Part shown: in pieces, positions 31,485-52,000 of the stretch | How positions within the stretch are numbered: position 1 is the stretch's first letter | How the letters are laid out: each line of letters begins with the position of its first letter | Assembly: GCA_033442325.1 (NCBI GenBank) | Contig: JAWQFM010000021.1 | Location: forward strand, 1,083,692 to 1,147,691 | DNA: 64,000 bases | DNA from: Salpingoeca rosetta | Taxonomy: Eukaryota > Protista > Choanoflagellata | Reading direction: 5' to 3' | Notes under the pieces: generated by a model | What the model saw: only the letters and a program-made list of their open reading frames with translations | Databases searched by the model: none | Told to the model about the DNA's origin: nothing | Translations under genes and position numbers: made by a program

Positions 31485-33361
31485 AAAGGGAATGCCCATG
31501 TACCTTGGCGACGTCCATGTGAGCACCAGAGTTGTCCTGGAGCTCGCGGATGGTGCAACCGCCCTTGCCAATGATCCTGTTGCCAGGGAGAAGACAGAGC
31601 AGAAGGTAGGAGAGTGAGCACGACGCACAACTGGCGAAGACAAATACACGTGTGCATGGTGCGTCGACAGCACAAAATGCCACACGGGCGTCAAGGCATA
31701 CAAACGCAAGCCGCACCACACGGCGTCAAAGCACCACACGGCGTCAAAGCACCACACGGCGTCAAAGCTTGTAGTCAAACACACACACACACAAAGAACA
31801 CACACACACACACGCACGCACCTGCCAACCATCTCGTCGGGGATGGTGATGATGGTGTCGTTGGCGGAGCGGGTAGGGGCAGGGGGCAGGCTCTCGCCGG
31901 AAACCTTCTTGCGAATGAGCTCCTCACACTTCTCAACCTGCGCCGGTGTGCCCGTGACGGTGACCTCGCGCTGGTACTCGCCAGGACGGCACTCCTTCGC
32001 AATGTCCATGTGCGCGCCAGAGAGCTCCTGGATCTGTCGGATGGTGGATCCCTGTCGGCCAATCACACGGCCAACGTGGTCGTCGGGGATGTACGCAATC
32101 TTGGTGATGGTCTCTGTGGCGGGGGCCGAGGGGTCGCCGCCATCCTCGCGGATCTTCTGCTCAAGCATCTGCTTGCAGTAGCGGACGCTCTCCGGGCTGC
32201 CGCGCAGCGTAATCTTGCGCACGGAGGTGCCTGGCTCGCACTCCGCCGGCACGTTCACCTGGCACCCGGAGAGGGCCTCCATCTGGCGGATGTTGGAACC
32301 CTCACGGCCAATCAGGCGGCCAACCTGGTGGTCCGCGACGTTGACTGTCTCCAGCACGTGGCCCTCGGCAAGCGGTGCATCGGCCGGGTTGCTGTTGGCT
32401 TGCTCCGTGGCTGCTGTGCCGTCAGCGGGGGCGGCGGGCGCGCCCTCAGCAGGCGTGGCAGTGGCGGGAGCTGCAGCTGTGTCGGTGGAGGCCGTCGTGG
32501 CTTCGGCTGATGCCTCTTGCGGCGCGGGCTTGTCCTCTGCCGCGGCCGTTGTGGCCGTTGTGGTTGCTGCTGACGTGGTGGCAGTGGGATCAGCCGACTG
32601 CTCGTCCGCCGCGGTTGTTGCCGTCGAATCCTGCTCGGCAGGAGCCACAGGTTCGGTTGCATCTTTGTTTGTGGGTTCGGATCAAACAAGGAGATGTGGA
32701 GGTTGTTGTTTTGGGGGAACGGGTGGCGCATGATGGTGCGAGTGCAGGAGGAGGAGGAGGAGGAGGCGTGGGCACGACCAGCACCAGCACGGAGCAGTGG
32801 GCAGAGCACAGATGCAGCGCCAGCAGACAAGCCAAATGTCCAAATGGGGCGGATGATGTTCGAGCAGCAGCATGCAAACAAACGGGCAGGAAGAGCAAGT
32901 CGATCAAAGCGTGCAACGTGTATGTGCGTGCGTGCGTGCGTGCGTGCATGTGCTTTTGTTTGTTTGTTGGTTGGTGTGTGCTCTTGTGTTTGTGCGTGTG
33001 TGTGTGTGTGTGTGCATGCATGTATGGATGTATGCATGTATGGATGGATGTATGTGTGTGTGTTTGCTTGTGTGTGTGTGTGTTTGCTTGTGTGTGTGTG
33101 TGTGTTTGCTTGTGTGTGTGTGTATGTGTTTGCTTGTGTGTGTGTGTGTGTGTTTGCTTGCTTGTTTGTGTGCATGAGCCTGTTGTGCATGGGATGAGTG
33201 GCGACATGCTGGACTTTGGGCTTGTCGAGTGACTGCGTACATACCAGGGGTGGCGGTGGTGGCGGCGGTACCGTTCTGTTGTCAATAAACACAAAGCAAT
33301 AGTGCGCGAAGAGCAAGGGGAGAACAGTGAGTTATTGGGGGTGTGTGGGTGTGTGTGAGTG

Positions 33362-33443
<82 letters not shown>

Positions 33444-33989
33444 TCGTGTGTGTACGGCATGTGTGTGTGTGTACGTCATGCGTGTACGTCGTGTGTGTAC
33501 ATCGTGTGTGTGTGGATTGTGGTGGCTCATCTTGTGATGAACTGACCATGCTGTCGGTGCCTGCGGCTGTCATCGTGGCGGAGAGCAACAGCAATCGCGA
33601 GGAACACAGAACATTGATTGGTGTGAGCGACGTGGGAAGTGTGTTGGTAGAATCACGACAAACAAGCACTCACAACCACATACACGCAACGCGGGCACCA
33701 AGACACGGCAAACACGCACTGAGACACACAACCACGCGCTCACAACCACAGCCACTGGCCAATATCACACATGGACGAAGAAAACACAGACGCACGCGCG
33801 ATACACGTTTTGGCAGATATGGCGCGTGTTTCCCTCTCGCTCTTTCTCTCGCTCTCTCTCGCCTTTCTCATCCCTGCCTGCTTTCTCTGCAAGGCACTCA
33901 CGCTCGGCGTTGTCGTCCTTCACTGCTGGTCGCTTGGTGTCGAGGCCCTCGCTCGTGTCCTCCTGCTTACGCTTCGCTGTCTCACTCAT
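30634..33989 (-). CDS. KH-domain RNA-binding protein (3 KH domains, FUBP/PCBP-like) with Q/G/Y-rich C-terminal tail. Exons 33989-33902, 32662-31822, 31576-31504, 31329-30895, 30657-30634
   Basis: Three GxxG loops ([27 protein letters not shown]). Phase-consistent splice sites. The first exon MSETAKRK is inferred. Confidence 0.87.
30915..31112 (-). repeat. Coding 15-bp tandem repeat encoding QQGYG units
   Basis: Repeated ctgctggccgtagcc / ctgctgcccatagcc on the + strand; translates as (QQGYG)n. Confidence 0.85.
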
Positions 33990-34459
33990 TGTGTCGACAA
34001 AGTGAAGGAGGTTGTGTCGGTTGTGTGGTGATTCGTTGACAAACGCGGCGGCACACGCGCAGAAGCAGCGGGCGGGGGAGAGGAGCGGGAGAGGAGAAGA
34101 AGAAGGCACAAGAAAGGGCAACAACAGCAGGAGCAAGAAGCAAGAAGCAACAGACGGGAGGCAGAGAGGCAAGCGGGGTGAGAGGCGAAGGCGTGGGAAC
34201 AAGCAAGGCGCGAACGAACGATTGGCCGATCAAAACTTGGCACATGCGCCACCAACAACGACAAGAGGAGGTTTCGCCAAAGACTCCCACCAATCCTCTT
34301 ATTCGTCTCAAATCTTCCGCCAACATTCGCCTGTGGGTCTTTGTGGGCGGAACAGAAGGAGGACAACGAACAACAAGTTGAGCGAGCAGAGTGGAGCACC
34401 AACACAGCAGCATCAGTGGGCACAGGATCGCACACACCCCACCTTGAGACCTTGCCACC

Positions 34460-41883
<7,424 letters not shown>

Positions 41884-41929
41884 CATGCCCCTCTTGCGTG
41901 AGCGCACACACTCACAGCCACGCACACTA

Positions 41930-42007
<78 letters not shown>

Positions 42008-44381
42008 ACATCATATCACGTCACATCACAAGGACGCAGTTCTTTCTCTTCTGACGTGATATGTTGCGTGCCACCTCTTGTCGTTTCTCACGCACACTTC
42101 CCTGTTTCCTCCTTTCCCACCTGTCTGTGGCGCGGCCTTCTGCTTGTGTGCGCATTCTTCTTGTTTGTGTGTTGTTGCACCATCCGTGACCAACAGACAG
42201 CAACAGCAGCGTTGAGCTTGCACCACCCTGGCACCACTCGCAACCTGTCACTTGTACCCGTTGCATGCATACACATTTACTGAACTTCTTCCTTTCACCA
42301 GCCAGCCAGAGCTCATTCGTGCACACGCACCGGCAAGCAAGTCCAACACGAACTGCCAAACAAACAAACAAACAAACAAACAACAGCAGCAGCCGCCGCC
42401 TTGCTTGTCTTGTGTCCACCGTGAGCCCGGCCAACGAGACGCCCGCTCCGTGTGATGGCGCTCTCCACAGCACAGGAAGCGGAAAGCAGGCCCTGCAACA
42501 GATGCAACAGGAGAGAGAACATGCATTGCGTGCATGTGCCAACGAGTTGATCAACATGACAGACAATCCCATGGGGCATGAGTGCAAACACGCAATGTCA
42601 ACAAAGACAAAAGAAACACAATGCTAACATGCACACAATGCTAACATGCACACAATGCTAACATGCACATACACACACGTGTGGAGAGTGAAAAGAGGGA
42701 CAACAAAGAGGTGGTGTGTGCAGACAGCCAGCGTGCTCAAAGATTGGTTGTGTTCTTCCCAAACCCAAGAGAGTGTGTGGTGGAAAACTAACGCACACCC
42801 TCTCTCAGCCTCACTGGAGGACGAGAAGAACACAAACACGCAGGACTGCAAGCACGGAAACACGATGGTTTTTGATCTCGCAAGCTTTGGACACTCGCCG
42901 CCACACGTAAACGTTCAAGGCGGAGAGCATGGCATACTCGCTTTGGGTCCAACACAGTGGGAGAGGGGGAAAGTGGACAAGAAAGGACGCGAAATGACAA
43001 AAGGGGGAAGGGGGAGGGAGAAAGCGTGGCAGATGGGGAAAGGCAAAGAGGAAGGTAACACAGAGCCGAGCTGGGTACAAACAGTCAAACACACAAACAC
43101 AACCACACCCACAAACACAACCACACGCACACTTACCATCCATGGACATGGTGAGCTTGATTCGCTGCATATGAGACGCTGGCCGCTGGTCAGCAGTCAA
43201 GATGCCCCTGTCCCAGTTCAGCCATCATATCACGCCTGCATGGTAACTGTTGCCAATTCAACACGCACACACACAAATACACATTCACACACACATACAC
43301 ACACAAATACACATTCACACACACACACATGCGCGCACACACAATATACACACATGCACACATACAATACACATACAAACATATCAAGGAAGGGTGAGTG
43401 ACACGCGGAGGAACAACACGCAAACACCAACCACATCAAAACAACACGACACATGATTGCCACGTGGTAGGGGATGTATGCATGCAGCCAACGCGCAAGC
43501 GCTCTTGTTGGCACGAGAGCGGATGTGTGTGCATGCGCAACACACGCCACCACCACAAGAGCAAAGGCGAGACCACAAGCAACAAGAGGAATTGGTGTTG
43601 CAAGCTTTGGACGCTTGCCGCCACACGAGAACGTTGAAGGCGGAAAGCAATTTGACACACTTGCATGAGAAAAGGTGAAAGAAGGGAAAAGGGAGGGCAA
43701 ATGTGGAAGAGGACACGGGAGAACAAATCATGTGCTGGCAAGTAGAAGAGAAAAGGAAGCAGCAAAGCTGCCATGCGTGCACGCATGCACATATGCACAT
43801 GCAAGTACACACACACACGCGCACGCACACGCACACGCACACGCACGCACAAGCACACGCAAGCGTACCTCGTTCGTGATGGTACGTCGAGCAGCGTCGC
43901 TGTCGCCGCGGCATGCCATCATGGGTGATCCTGGCCGTCATGGCAGCCGTGCTTGATCGCTTCATCCACTGCACATGCTGTCTGTTGCTGTGAGCGAAAA
44001 AAAAATGGGCGAAGAACACACGTGCACAGAAAGGAAAGGAAAATCAGGGGAAGAAAAATGCTGGGGCTATTTTTAGTAGTTTGTACTGTTTGTAGACAGC
44101 AGTCGAATTTTTGTTGGCACAAAAAGCCGCCACAGAGACACAGACACAGAGACACAGAGAGAGTCAGAGAGAGACAGAGAGAGAGAGAGACAGAGAGACA
44201 GAGAGACAGAGAGACAGAGAGACAGAGAGACAGAGAGAGAGAGGAGAGACAGACCGACACAGACGACACAGACGACACACGAAGACGAGACAAGAGGCAG
44301 TGTGAAGAGCACGATCAGGTGCAGTCGGTGATGGGGAGGCAACGTCCATGTCCGTGCCCTTCGTGGCATCCGTGGTCTGAT

Positions 44382-44814
44382 TGTTGCAAGTTCATGGTGG
44401 TGGTGCTGTTGTTGGAGACTTGTGTGTGTGTGTGTGTGCTGTGTGTGCTGTGTGTGCTGTGTAGGAGATTGTCTTGGCAGGAGAGAGTTGTGTGTGTTTA
44501 CTTGAGTTGTGAAGCAAACAAGGATGTAGGATGAAAGAACACTCCAACAGAAAGAAACAGAGCACAAGACAAAAATTTGTCGACAACGCAAAGTGGTGAC
44601 GTGGCAGTGTTTGTTGAGAGTTGTGTGGTTATATGGTGTGTTATGCAAGAGCATGTAACATCGAGCAACCACACAAGCTAAACACTGCACGTGCAACAGG
44701 TTGGAGGGAAATCACGTGAACATTCCAGAACACAAGAGAGGTGAATGTAAATTTGTGGTGTCGTAAAGAAGGGAGGTCAATGATGACTCAGCAGACAGGA
44801 CTTGCCTGTCAACA
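44382..44814 (-). mobile_element. 3' LTR of copia element A (433 bp, TGTTG...CAACA)
   Basis: TG..CA termini. On the minus strand it is directly preceded by the purine tract GCGGGGGAG (PPT, 44815-44823). Near-identical copies lie at 58363-58780 and 59069-59505. Confidence 0.9.
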
Positions 44815-45041
44815 CTCCCCCGCATTGACCTACCTCTCTGTTGCGTTGATGTTCTGAAACGTGATGATGATGATGATGATGATGATGTCATGCATGTAGG
44901 AGTGGCATGGGCAGAGGTAGGTGAGATGTGAGTAAGGACGTGTGTTGTGGAACACGTTTAAAAAATGGTTGGTGCCTGTGGTGCGCAGCCTGTTGTGGAA
45001 GGCTGGCCCGAGTGAAGGCGTGTCCTGTGGTGCGCGGCCGC

Positions 45042-48000
45042 TCAGAGGTCCTGACGCGGAGTCGAAGGACGTGGCGACCGGCCCGAATGAGGACGGGCCC
45101 GTGGCTGGCAGCCTGGCAGAGGACGCTGGTCGAACAGCATCGTGCAGAACTGAGCCGTCTTGGGCCGAGGGAGGATCTTCGTGAGGAGATCTGCGATCAT
45201 GTGCTCCGTGGCGAGGTAGCTCAGCACAATCCTCTTGGTGTCGACGCACTCGCGGATGTAGTGGTATTTGACGAGGATGTGCCGCATGCGCGAGGCGGCG
45301 TGTTCGGCAACGCGCTGCGCCGGCTGGTTGTCCGTGTGGACGAGCGTGGGCTCGCACAGGACGGCGCCGGTGAGCTCCTCCTGGAGTTGGCGAAGGAACA
45401 TGAGTTCCTGTGCGGTGGCTGCGAGAGCCATGTACTCCGCGTCGGCGGAGGCTGTGGCCACGGTGGCCTGCAGCTTGGAGTTCCAGGACACGGGGCCCGT
45501 GGAACANNNNNNNNNNNNNNNNNNNNNNNNNNNNNNNNNNNNNNNNNNNNNNNNNNNNNNNNNNNNNNNNNNNNNNNNNNNNNNNNNNNNNNNNNNNNNN
45601 NNNNNNNNNNNNNNNNNNNNNNNNNNNNNNNNNNNNNNNNNNNNNNNNNNNNNNNNNNNNNNNNNNNNNNNNNNNNNNNNNNNNNNNNNNNNNNNNNNNN
45701 NNNNNNNNNNNNNNNNNNNNNNNNNNNNNNNNNNNNNNNNNNNNNNNNNNNNNNNNNNNNNNNNNNNNNNNNNNNNNNNNNNNNNNNNNNNNNNNNNNNN
45801 NNNNNNNNNNNNNNNNNNNNNNNNNNNNNNNNNNNNNNNNNNNNNNNNNNNNNNNNNNNNNNNCGTGTCAATGTCGGAGGCGAACGACGCATCCGAGTAC
45901 GCTGAGAGCACGCCGTCGGCAGTGCTTCCGTTGCTGGCGTCGCCAGTGGCGGCGTACTTGATGGTGTAGGACAAGGTGCCCTTGATGTAGCGAAGAAGGT
46001 GCTTGGCAGCCTTCCAGTGGTCCATGCCGAAGTGCTGCATACGGCGAGACAGGATGGAGACAGCCGCCGAGATGTCTGGGCGCGTCATCGTCGCAGCATA
46101 GAGGAGGGAGCCAAGCAGCTCGCGGAACGGCACATCCGGGAGTGGCTCCTCCTTGTCGGCTGGCTTGTCGACGTAGCCCGTGCAGAGCGGCGTGCCGACA
46201 GGCTTGCAGTCAGCCATGCCGAAGGTCTCCAGCACGTTGCGCAGGTAGTGCACCTGGCTCATGGTGACGGTATTGGCCTTGCGGTCGTGCTGCACCTTGA
46301 TGCCGAGACATATGTCTGGGCTGCCCAGGTCCTTCATCTTGAAGCGCTTGGAGATGGCCTTCTTGAACGCGGCCATGTCGCTGTCGCCGTCGGCGAAGAT
46401 GAGCAGGTCGTCCACGTAGACGGCAACCCACATCACTTTGCCACCCTTGCAGGTGCGGCGGTAGATGCAGGCGTCCGTGGCTGTGGCGACGAAGTCCTGC
46501 TCGCGCATCCAGGCGTCCAGCGTGTGGTTCCACAGGCGCGGGCTCTGCTTCAGCCCATACAGCCCGCGCTTGAGGCGCAGGACCGTATTCGGCGAGAAGA
46601 TGCCGTCGACGGCCGGTGGCTGGACGTAGATCTCGTGATCTACGGGCGCGTTGAGGAAGGCCGTGTTGACGTCCATCTGCTGGATGTCCATGCCACGCGC
46701 GACGGCCATGGCGAGCATGGTGCGGATGGCTGCGATGGTAGCCGTCGGAGCAAAGGTGTCCGTGTAGTTAACACCGTGGACCTGGGAGTAGCCCTTGGCA
46801 ACCCAGCGCGCCTTGTACTTGATTACCTTGCCCTGGTCATCGCGCTTCTTCCGAAAGATGACCATGCTGCGGAGCACCTTCTGGCCCTTGGGAAGGTCAG
46901 CGCGAGGCACGACGTCGTAGACGTCATTGGCCTGCATTGCCGCAAACTCGTCCAGGATGGCTTGGCGCCACTCCTCAGAGTCTGGCGAGGCAAGCGCCTC
47001 CTTGACGGTGGCTGGCTCAGCTGACGTGACAGCACTGCCAGCAGCGATGTCTGGTAGATGACCACCCACTGCTGATGTCTTCTCCCCCGTACCAGCAGCG
47101 CTGGTGGCAACGTGACACGTGGTGGTTGAGTCACCAGAGGTGTCCTTGTCGCCGAGGGTCTCGGACACCAGCAGCTGGTCCCAGACGGAGCCGCCAAGGG
47201 CGCGTGGCTGGAGCTGCGGCTCCCCCGCACGTGGTGCAGTGGGAGCGCCGGTGGCACTGTCCTCGGTCGAACGCTGAGCGGTCTTATTGGCATGCGAAGC
47301 AGAGGCACCGCTGTTGTCCTGCTCTTGCTGCTGCTGAGAGGAGGCGACGTCCTTGTTCTTGATGGCGCCGAAGCGAGCGTGGATGGTGTGGACAACGCGT
47401 CGCGTGTCCGGCATCCAGACGACGTGGGCCTGGTCCTCCTCGGCGAAGCCGACGTAGACGCCGACGCGTGAGCGTGGGTCAAGCTTGTGCCGCGTGCTGC
47501 TCTTCTCCACATGCACGTAGGCCGGCGAGCCGAAGACGCGCAGCAGGCTGACGTCGAAGGCGTGCCCAGTCAGGGCCTCGAACGGTGACTTGTCCTTGAG
47601 GCTCCTGCGTGGCGCGATGTTGTGCAGCAGCGTGGCGTGTTGCACGGCGAAGTCCCAGAACGGCTTGTCCAGGTCCGCAGCAAACAGCATTGTGCGTGCC
47701 GTCTCGAAGAGGGTGCGGAAGGTGCGCTCTGCGGATCCGTTCTTGGCCTGCGAGTGCGGTGGCGAGAAGCGCTGCTTGATGTCGAAGGCCAGGCACAGGT
47801 CGGTGAAGTCCTGGCTCTTGAAGACGGCGTCGCTATCCGTCTGCAGCGTGGCGTTGACGATGTGACGGTCCTTGCGCAGTTGCTCCAGGGCCGCACCGAC
47901 CTCGTTCTTGTGCCGGATGAGAAACGTCCAGGCGAAGCGCGTGCAGTCGTCGATGAAGGTCAGCGCGTAGCGTGCACCTCGCAGCGACGTCTCCTCCAGC

Positions 48001-48048
48001 GGACCGGCGATGTCGGCGTAGAGCAGCTGGCATGGCCCAGCGCTACGT
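45042..48048 (-). mobile_element. Ty1/copia element A pol (integrase, RT, RNase H), broken by N gaps
   Basis: Integrase ADIAGP..FIDD..QTDSD..KNGSAER; RT YKARWVAKGYSQ, QMDVNTAFLN, LYGLKQ, YVDD; RNase H ADLLTK. Integrase precedes RT, the copia order. Confidence 0.93.
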
Positions 48049-49009
48049 NNNNNNNNNNNNNNNNNNNNNNNNNNNNNNNNNNNNNNNNNNNNNNNNNNNN
48101 NNNNNNNNNNNNNNNNNNNNNNNNNNNNNNNNNNNNNNNNNNNNNNNNNNNNNNNNNNNNNNNNNNNNNNNNNNNNNNNNNNNNNNNNNNNNNNNNNNNN
48201 NNNNNNNNNNNNNNNNNNNNNNNNNNNNNNNNNNNNNNNNNNNNNNNNNNNNNNNNNNNNNNNNNNNNNNNNNNNNNNNNNNNNNNNNNNNNNNNNNNNN
48301 NNNNNNNNNNNNNNNNNNNNNNNNNNNNNNNNNNNNNNNNNNNNNNNNNNNNNNNNNNNNNNNNNNNNNNNNNNNNNNNNNNNNNNNNNNNNNNNNNNNN
48401 NNNNNNNNNNNNNNNNNNNNNNNNNNNNNNNNNNNNNNNNNNNNNNNNNNNNNNNNNNNNNNNNNNNNNNNNNNNNNNNNNNNNNNNNNNNNNNNNNNNN
48501 NNNNNNNNNNNNNNNNNNNNNNNNNNNNNNNNNNNNNNNNNNNNNNNNNNNNNNNNNNNNNNNNNNNNNNNNNNNNNNNNNNNNNNNNNNNNNNNNNNNN
48601 NNNNNNNNNNNNNNNNNNNNNNNNNNNNNNNNNNNNNNNNNNNNNNNNNNNNNNNNNNNNNNNNNNNNNNNNNNNNNNNNNNNNNNNNNNNNNNNNNNNN
48701 NNNNNNNNNNNNNNNNNNNNNNNNNNNNNNNNNNNNNNNNNNNNNNNNNNNNNNNNNNNNNNNNNNNNNNNNNNNNNNNNNNNNNNNNNNNNNNNNNNNN
48801 NNNNNNNNNNNNNNNNNNNNNNNNNNNNNNNNNNNNNNNNNNNNNNNNNNNNNNNNNNNNNNNNNNNNNNNNNNNNNNNNNNNNNNNNNNNNNNNNNNNN
48901 NNNNNNNNNNNNNNNNNNNNNNNNNNNNNNNNNNNNNNNNNNNNNNNNNNNNNNNNNNNNNNNNNNNNNNNNNNNNNNNNNNNNNNNNNNNNNNNNNNNN
49001 NNNNNNNNN

Positions 49010-52000
49010 TCTACAGATTATGAGACCCAGCCACTCCTGATCATCATCGCCACTTGTCTCACACTCGCTTGTGCTTCTTCTCTCCCTTCTGCTTGTTCCC
49101 CTCTCTTGTTTCTCCATCACCCTTCTTGAGCGTGCAGTATGTCTGACCCGTCGGACCACGTCGTTTCCACGCCAGGATTCAAGATGGACCTGCCCAAGTT
49201 CTCTGGCTCGCCCGGCACCTTTCATGCGTGGAGCATTCGCATGAAGATGGCGCTCAATCTGCGCGGCGACGACGTCTGGGCAGCTGTGGAGGCAGGAGCA
49301 TCGTCATCGGGAGGTCCAAGCTCAGCGACACGCTCAAGTGCAAGGAGACCGACAGCAGGAGATCACGCCAACCTCACCGCTGCAAACCTCATCGCGTCCA
49401 CGCTCTCAGGCTACCCCCTTCTCCTGTTCACCAACGGAGAAGCAGACGTCAACGCCGGCCAAGGATGGGCCCGGCTCAAGGACCACTACGCTTCGCAGGA
49501 CCGCCTCCGCATTGCAGAGCTCAAGGAGGCGCAGCTTCACGTCCCCTGCGGCAACCTCGCCCGCTTCTTCGAGCGACACATGGAGCTGCAGCAGCAGTTG
49601 CAGGACGCGGGCGTGCGTCAGGACAACGAGGACCTCTTCACCATCGTCTGGAAGCAGCTGCCACGCTGGACAGCCCCGCTCACGCTTCCCTACTTTGCCA
49701 GTGGCCGCTTTCCCTCCCTCCTCGAGCTCAGCATCAGGCTGCAGCAGCTGGAGCAGCAGATGCGTGGTTCACGCACANNNNNNNNNNNNNNNNNNNNNNN
49801 NNNNNNNNNNNNNNNNNNNNNNNNNNNNNNNNNNNNNNNNNNNNNNNNNNNNNNNNNNNNNNNNNNNNNNNNNNNNNNNNNNNNNNNNNNNNNNNNNNNN
49901 NNNNNNNNNNNNNNNNNNNNNNNNNNNNNNNNNNNNNNNNNNNNNNNNNNNNNNNNNNNNNNNNNNNNNNNNNNNNNNNNNNNNNNNNNNNNNNNNNNNN
50001 NNNNNNNNNNNNNNNNNNNNNNNNNNNNNNNNNNNNNNNNNNNNNNNNNNNCCTTCGTCGCTGCCACAGCTACTACACCCACGCAGCTGCATGACCCACT
50101 CACGTGGCTTGCAGACACGGGTGCTTCACACCACCTCACCTTCGTCAAGGACGCCTTCGTGGAGCTGACACCGCACCTGCAACAGCACCATCCACGCCAC
50201 ATCACTGCGTTTGGCGGCACACGTGTGCCCGTGCGCGGTGTTGGCTCTGTGCTGTTGCATGCACGCACGACGAGCGGAGCCAGGATGCAGGTTGTGCTAC
50301 AGGAGTGCCTCTACGTGCCCGAGGGCCAGGCCAACCTCATCGCCCTCGGTCGTCTGACCAGGGACAGCAGCGGCAGGCCAACGGGCCACTCGCAGCGTGA
50401 TGGCGCTGATGGGCACTACGTGCGCTTCAGCCACGGAGCCGAGGTCAAGCTGAAGGAGCGCAACAGCCTCCGGTGCTGGCCCATTGTTGCTGTTGGTCCA
50501 TCCACGGCACACGGTCTCACCGCCGATGCCTGCAAGCAACCACAGCAACCCGCAGCAGCTCCTGCAGCCCAGAGCAAGGTGCAGACACCATCGATGCATG
50601 AGGTACTTGGCCACCGCAACGACAACGACGTGCAGCAGTACTGCAAGCTGATGGGCATCGACGATCGCAACGTCATCAGCAGCAAGCAGTGTACAACGTG
50701 CGCAGTGACCAAGAGCACTCGTCACAGCGTCAGCAAGCACGCGGAACGCACACAGGTGCCCGGCGAGCGCATCCACGCCGACATCGTCGACTGGACCGCG
50801 GACTCGCCCACGGGCAAGCGCTACAGCCTCGTCATCGTCGATGAGGGAAGCAAGCTCCTGCATGCAGTCCATCTCAACGCCAAGAAGGACGCAGTTGCCG
50901 CGTTCCAGTCTTTCCTGCGCGAGACCAAGCTCCCCATCTCACCCACAACAACAGCACTCCAGACGGATTCCGATGCCATCTTCCTCGGAGCTGACTTCCA
51001 GGCCATCGTCAAGAAGCACCTGAAGCAGCACCAGCAGTCCCCGCCGTACACCCAGGCGCAGAACGGCATCGTCGAGCGACAGGTGCGCACCCTCTCCGAC
51101 ATGGTGCGAGCCATGATCACGGGTGCAGGCCTCGACGCATCGTACTGGAGCCTCGCCTGTAACCACGCCCTCCACATCCTCAACAACATGCCTCGCCCTT
51201 CCCTCCACGGCAAGACACCGCTGCAGATTGTCACGGGCTCGCTGCCCAAGCACGTGCCGCAGCTGCACGTCTTCGCGCAGCCGGCCGTCGTCCACATCAG
51301 CACACAGCGCGGACGCCTGCAGCCCAAGGGCCGCCGAGGCATCTACGTCGGCCACAACAGCAGCAGCAACAGCCACCTCGTCTACTTTGAAGACACGAAC
51401 ACCGTTGTGTCCTCCATCCACGTCCGCTTCCTTCCCTTCTCCAAGGCCGATGATGTCGTGGATGAGGGGGAGGAGCAAGTGCAGACATCCACGACATCGT
51501 CCATGCTCCAGCTTCCCAGTGCACGTGACAGCAGCAACAGCACCACTGACGGTGAGCCACCAACGGTTCACATCGATGAGGACCAGGACGACGATGTCGA
51601 GACAGACTCCCTGCTCACGGACTTCGACAACGACAGCAGCAGCGACACCAACGACGCCAACTACGACCCCGACACAACAGATGCAAGCGACACCGAGGCA
51701 GGCGCGTTCACAGCAAGCAGCAGTGACGACACCAGCCTCACGGAGCCTGCAAGCATCAAGCAGGCACTCAAGAGCCAGCAACGCAAGCAGTGGACTCAGG
51801 CATGCTTGGAGGAGATCGGGGCCATGGAGCGCAACGGCGTCATCAAGCTCATCCCACGCAGCGCCGTGCCACGACAGCACACGCCTCTCAAGTCACGCTT
51901 CGTCTTCAAGGTGAAGCGTGACGCTGAGGGCGCGCCGACGCGCTTCAAGGCACGCTGGGTCGCCAAGGGCTTCAGCCAACGACCGGGCATCGACTTCGAC

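Noticed and set aside
30478-31617. 379-aa Leu/Ala-rich membrane-like ORF on +
   Set aside because: Antisense reading of the QQGYG repeat of the KH gene.
32663-33901. Extra exons or a nested gene in KH intron 1
   Set aside because: The flanking exons already join in phase, and no recognisable protein signal is present.
45221-50268. ORFs spanning X runs
   Set aside because: Artefacts of N gaps in the assembly.
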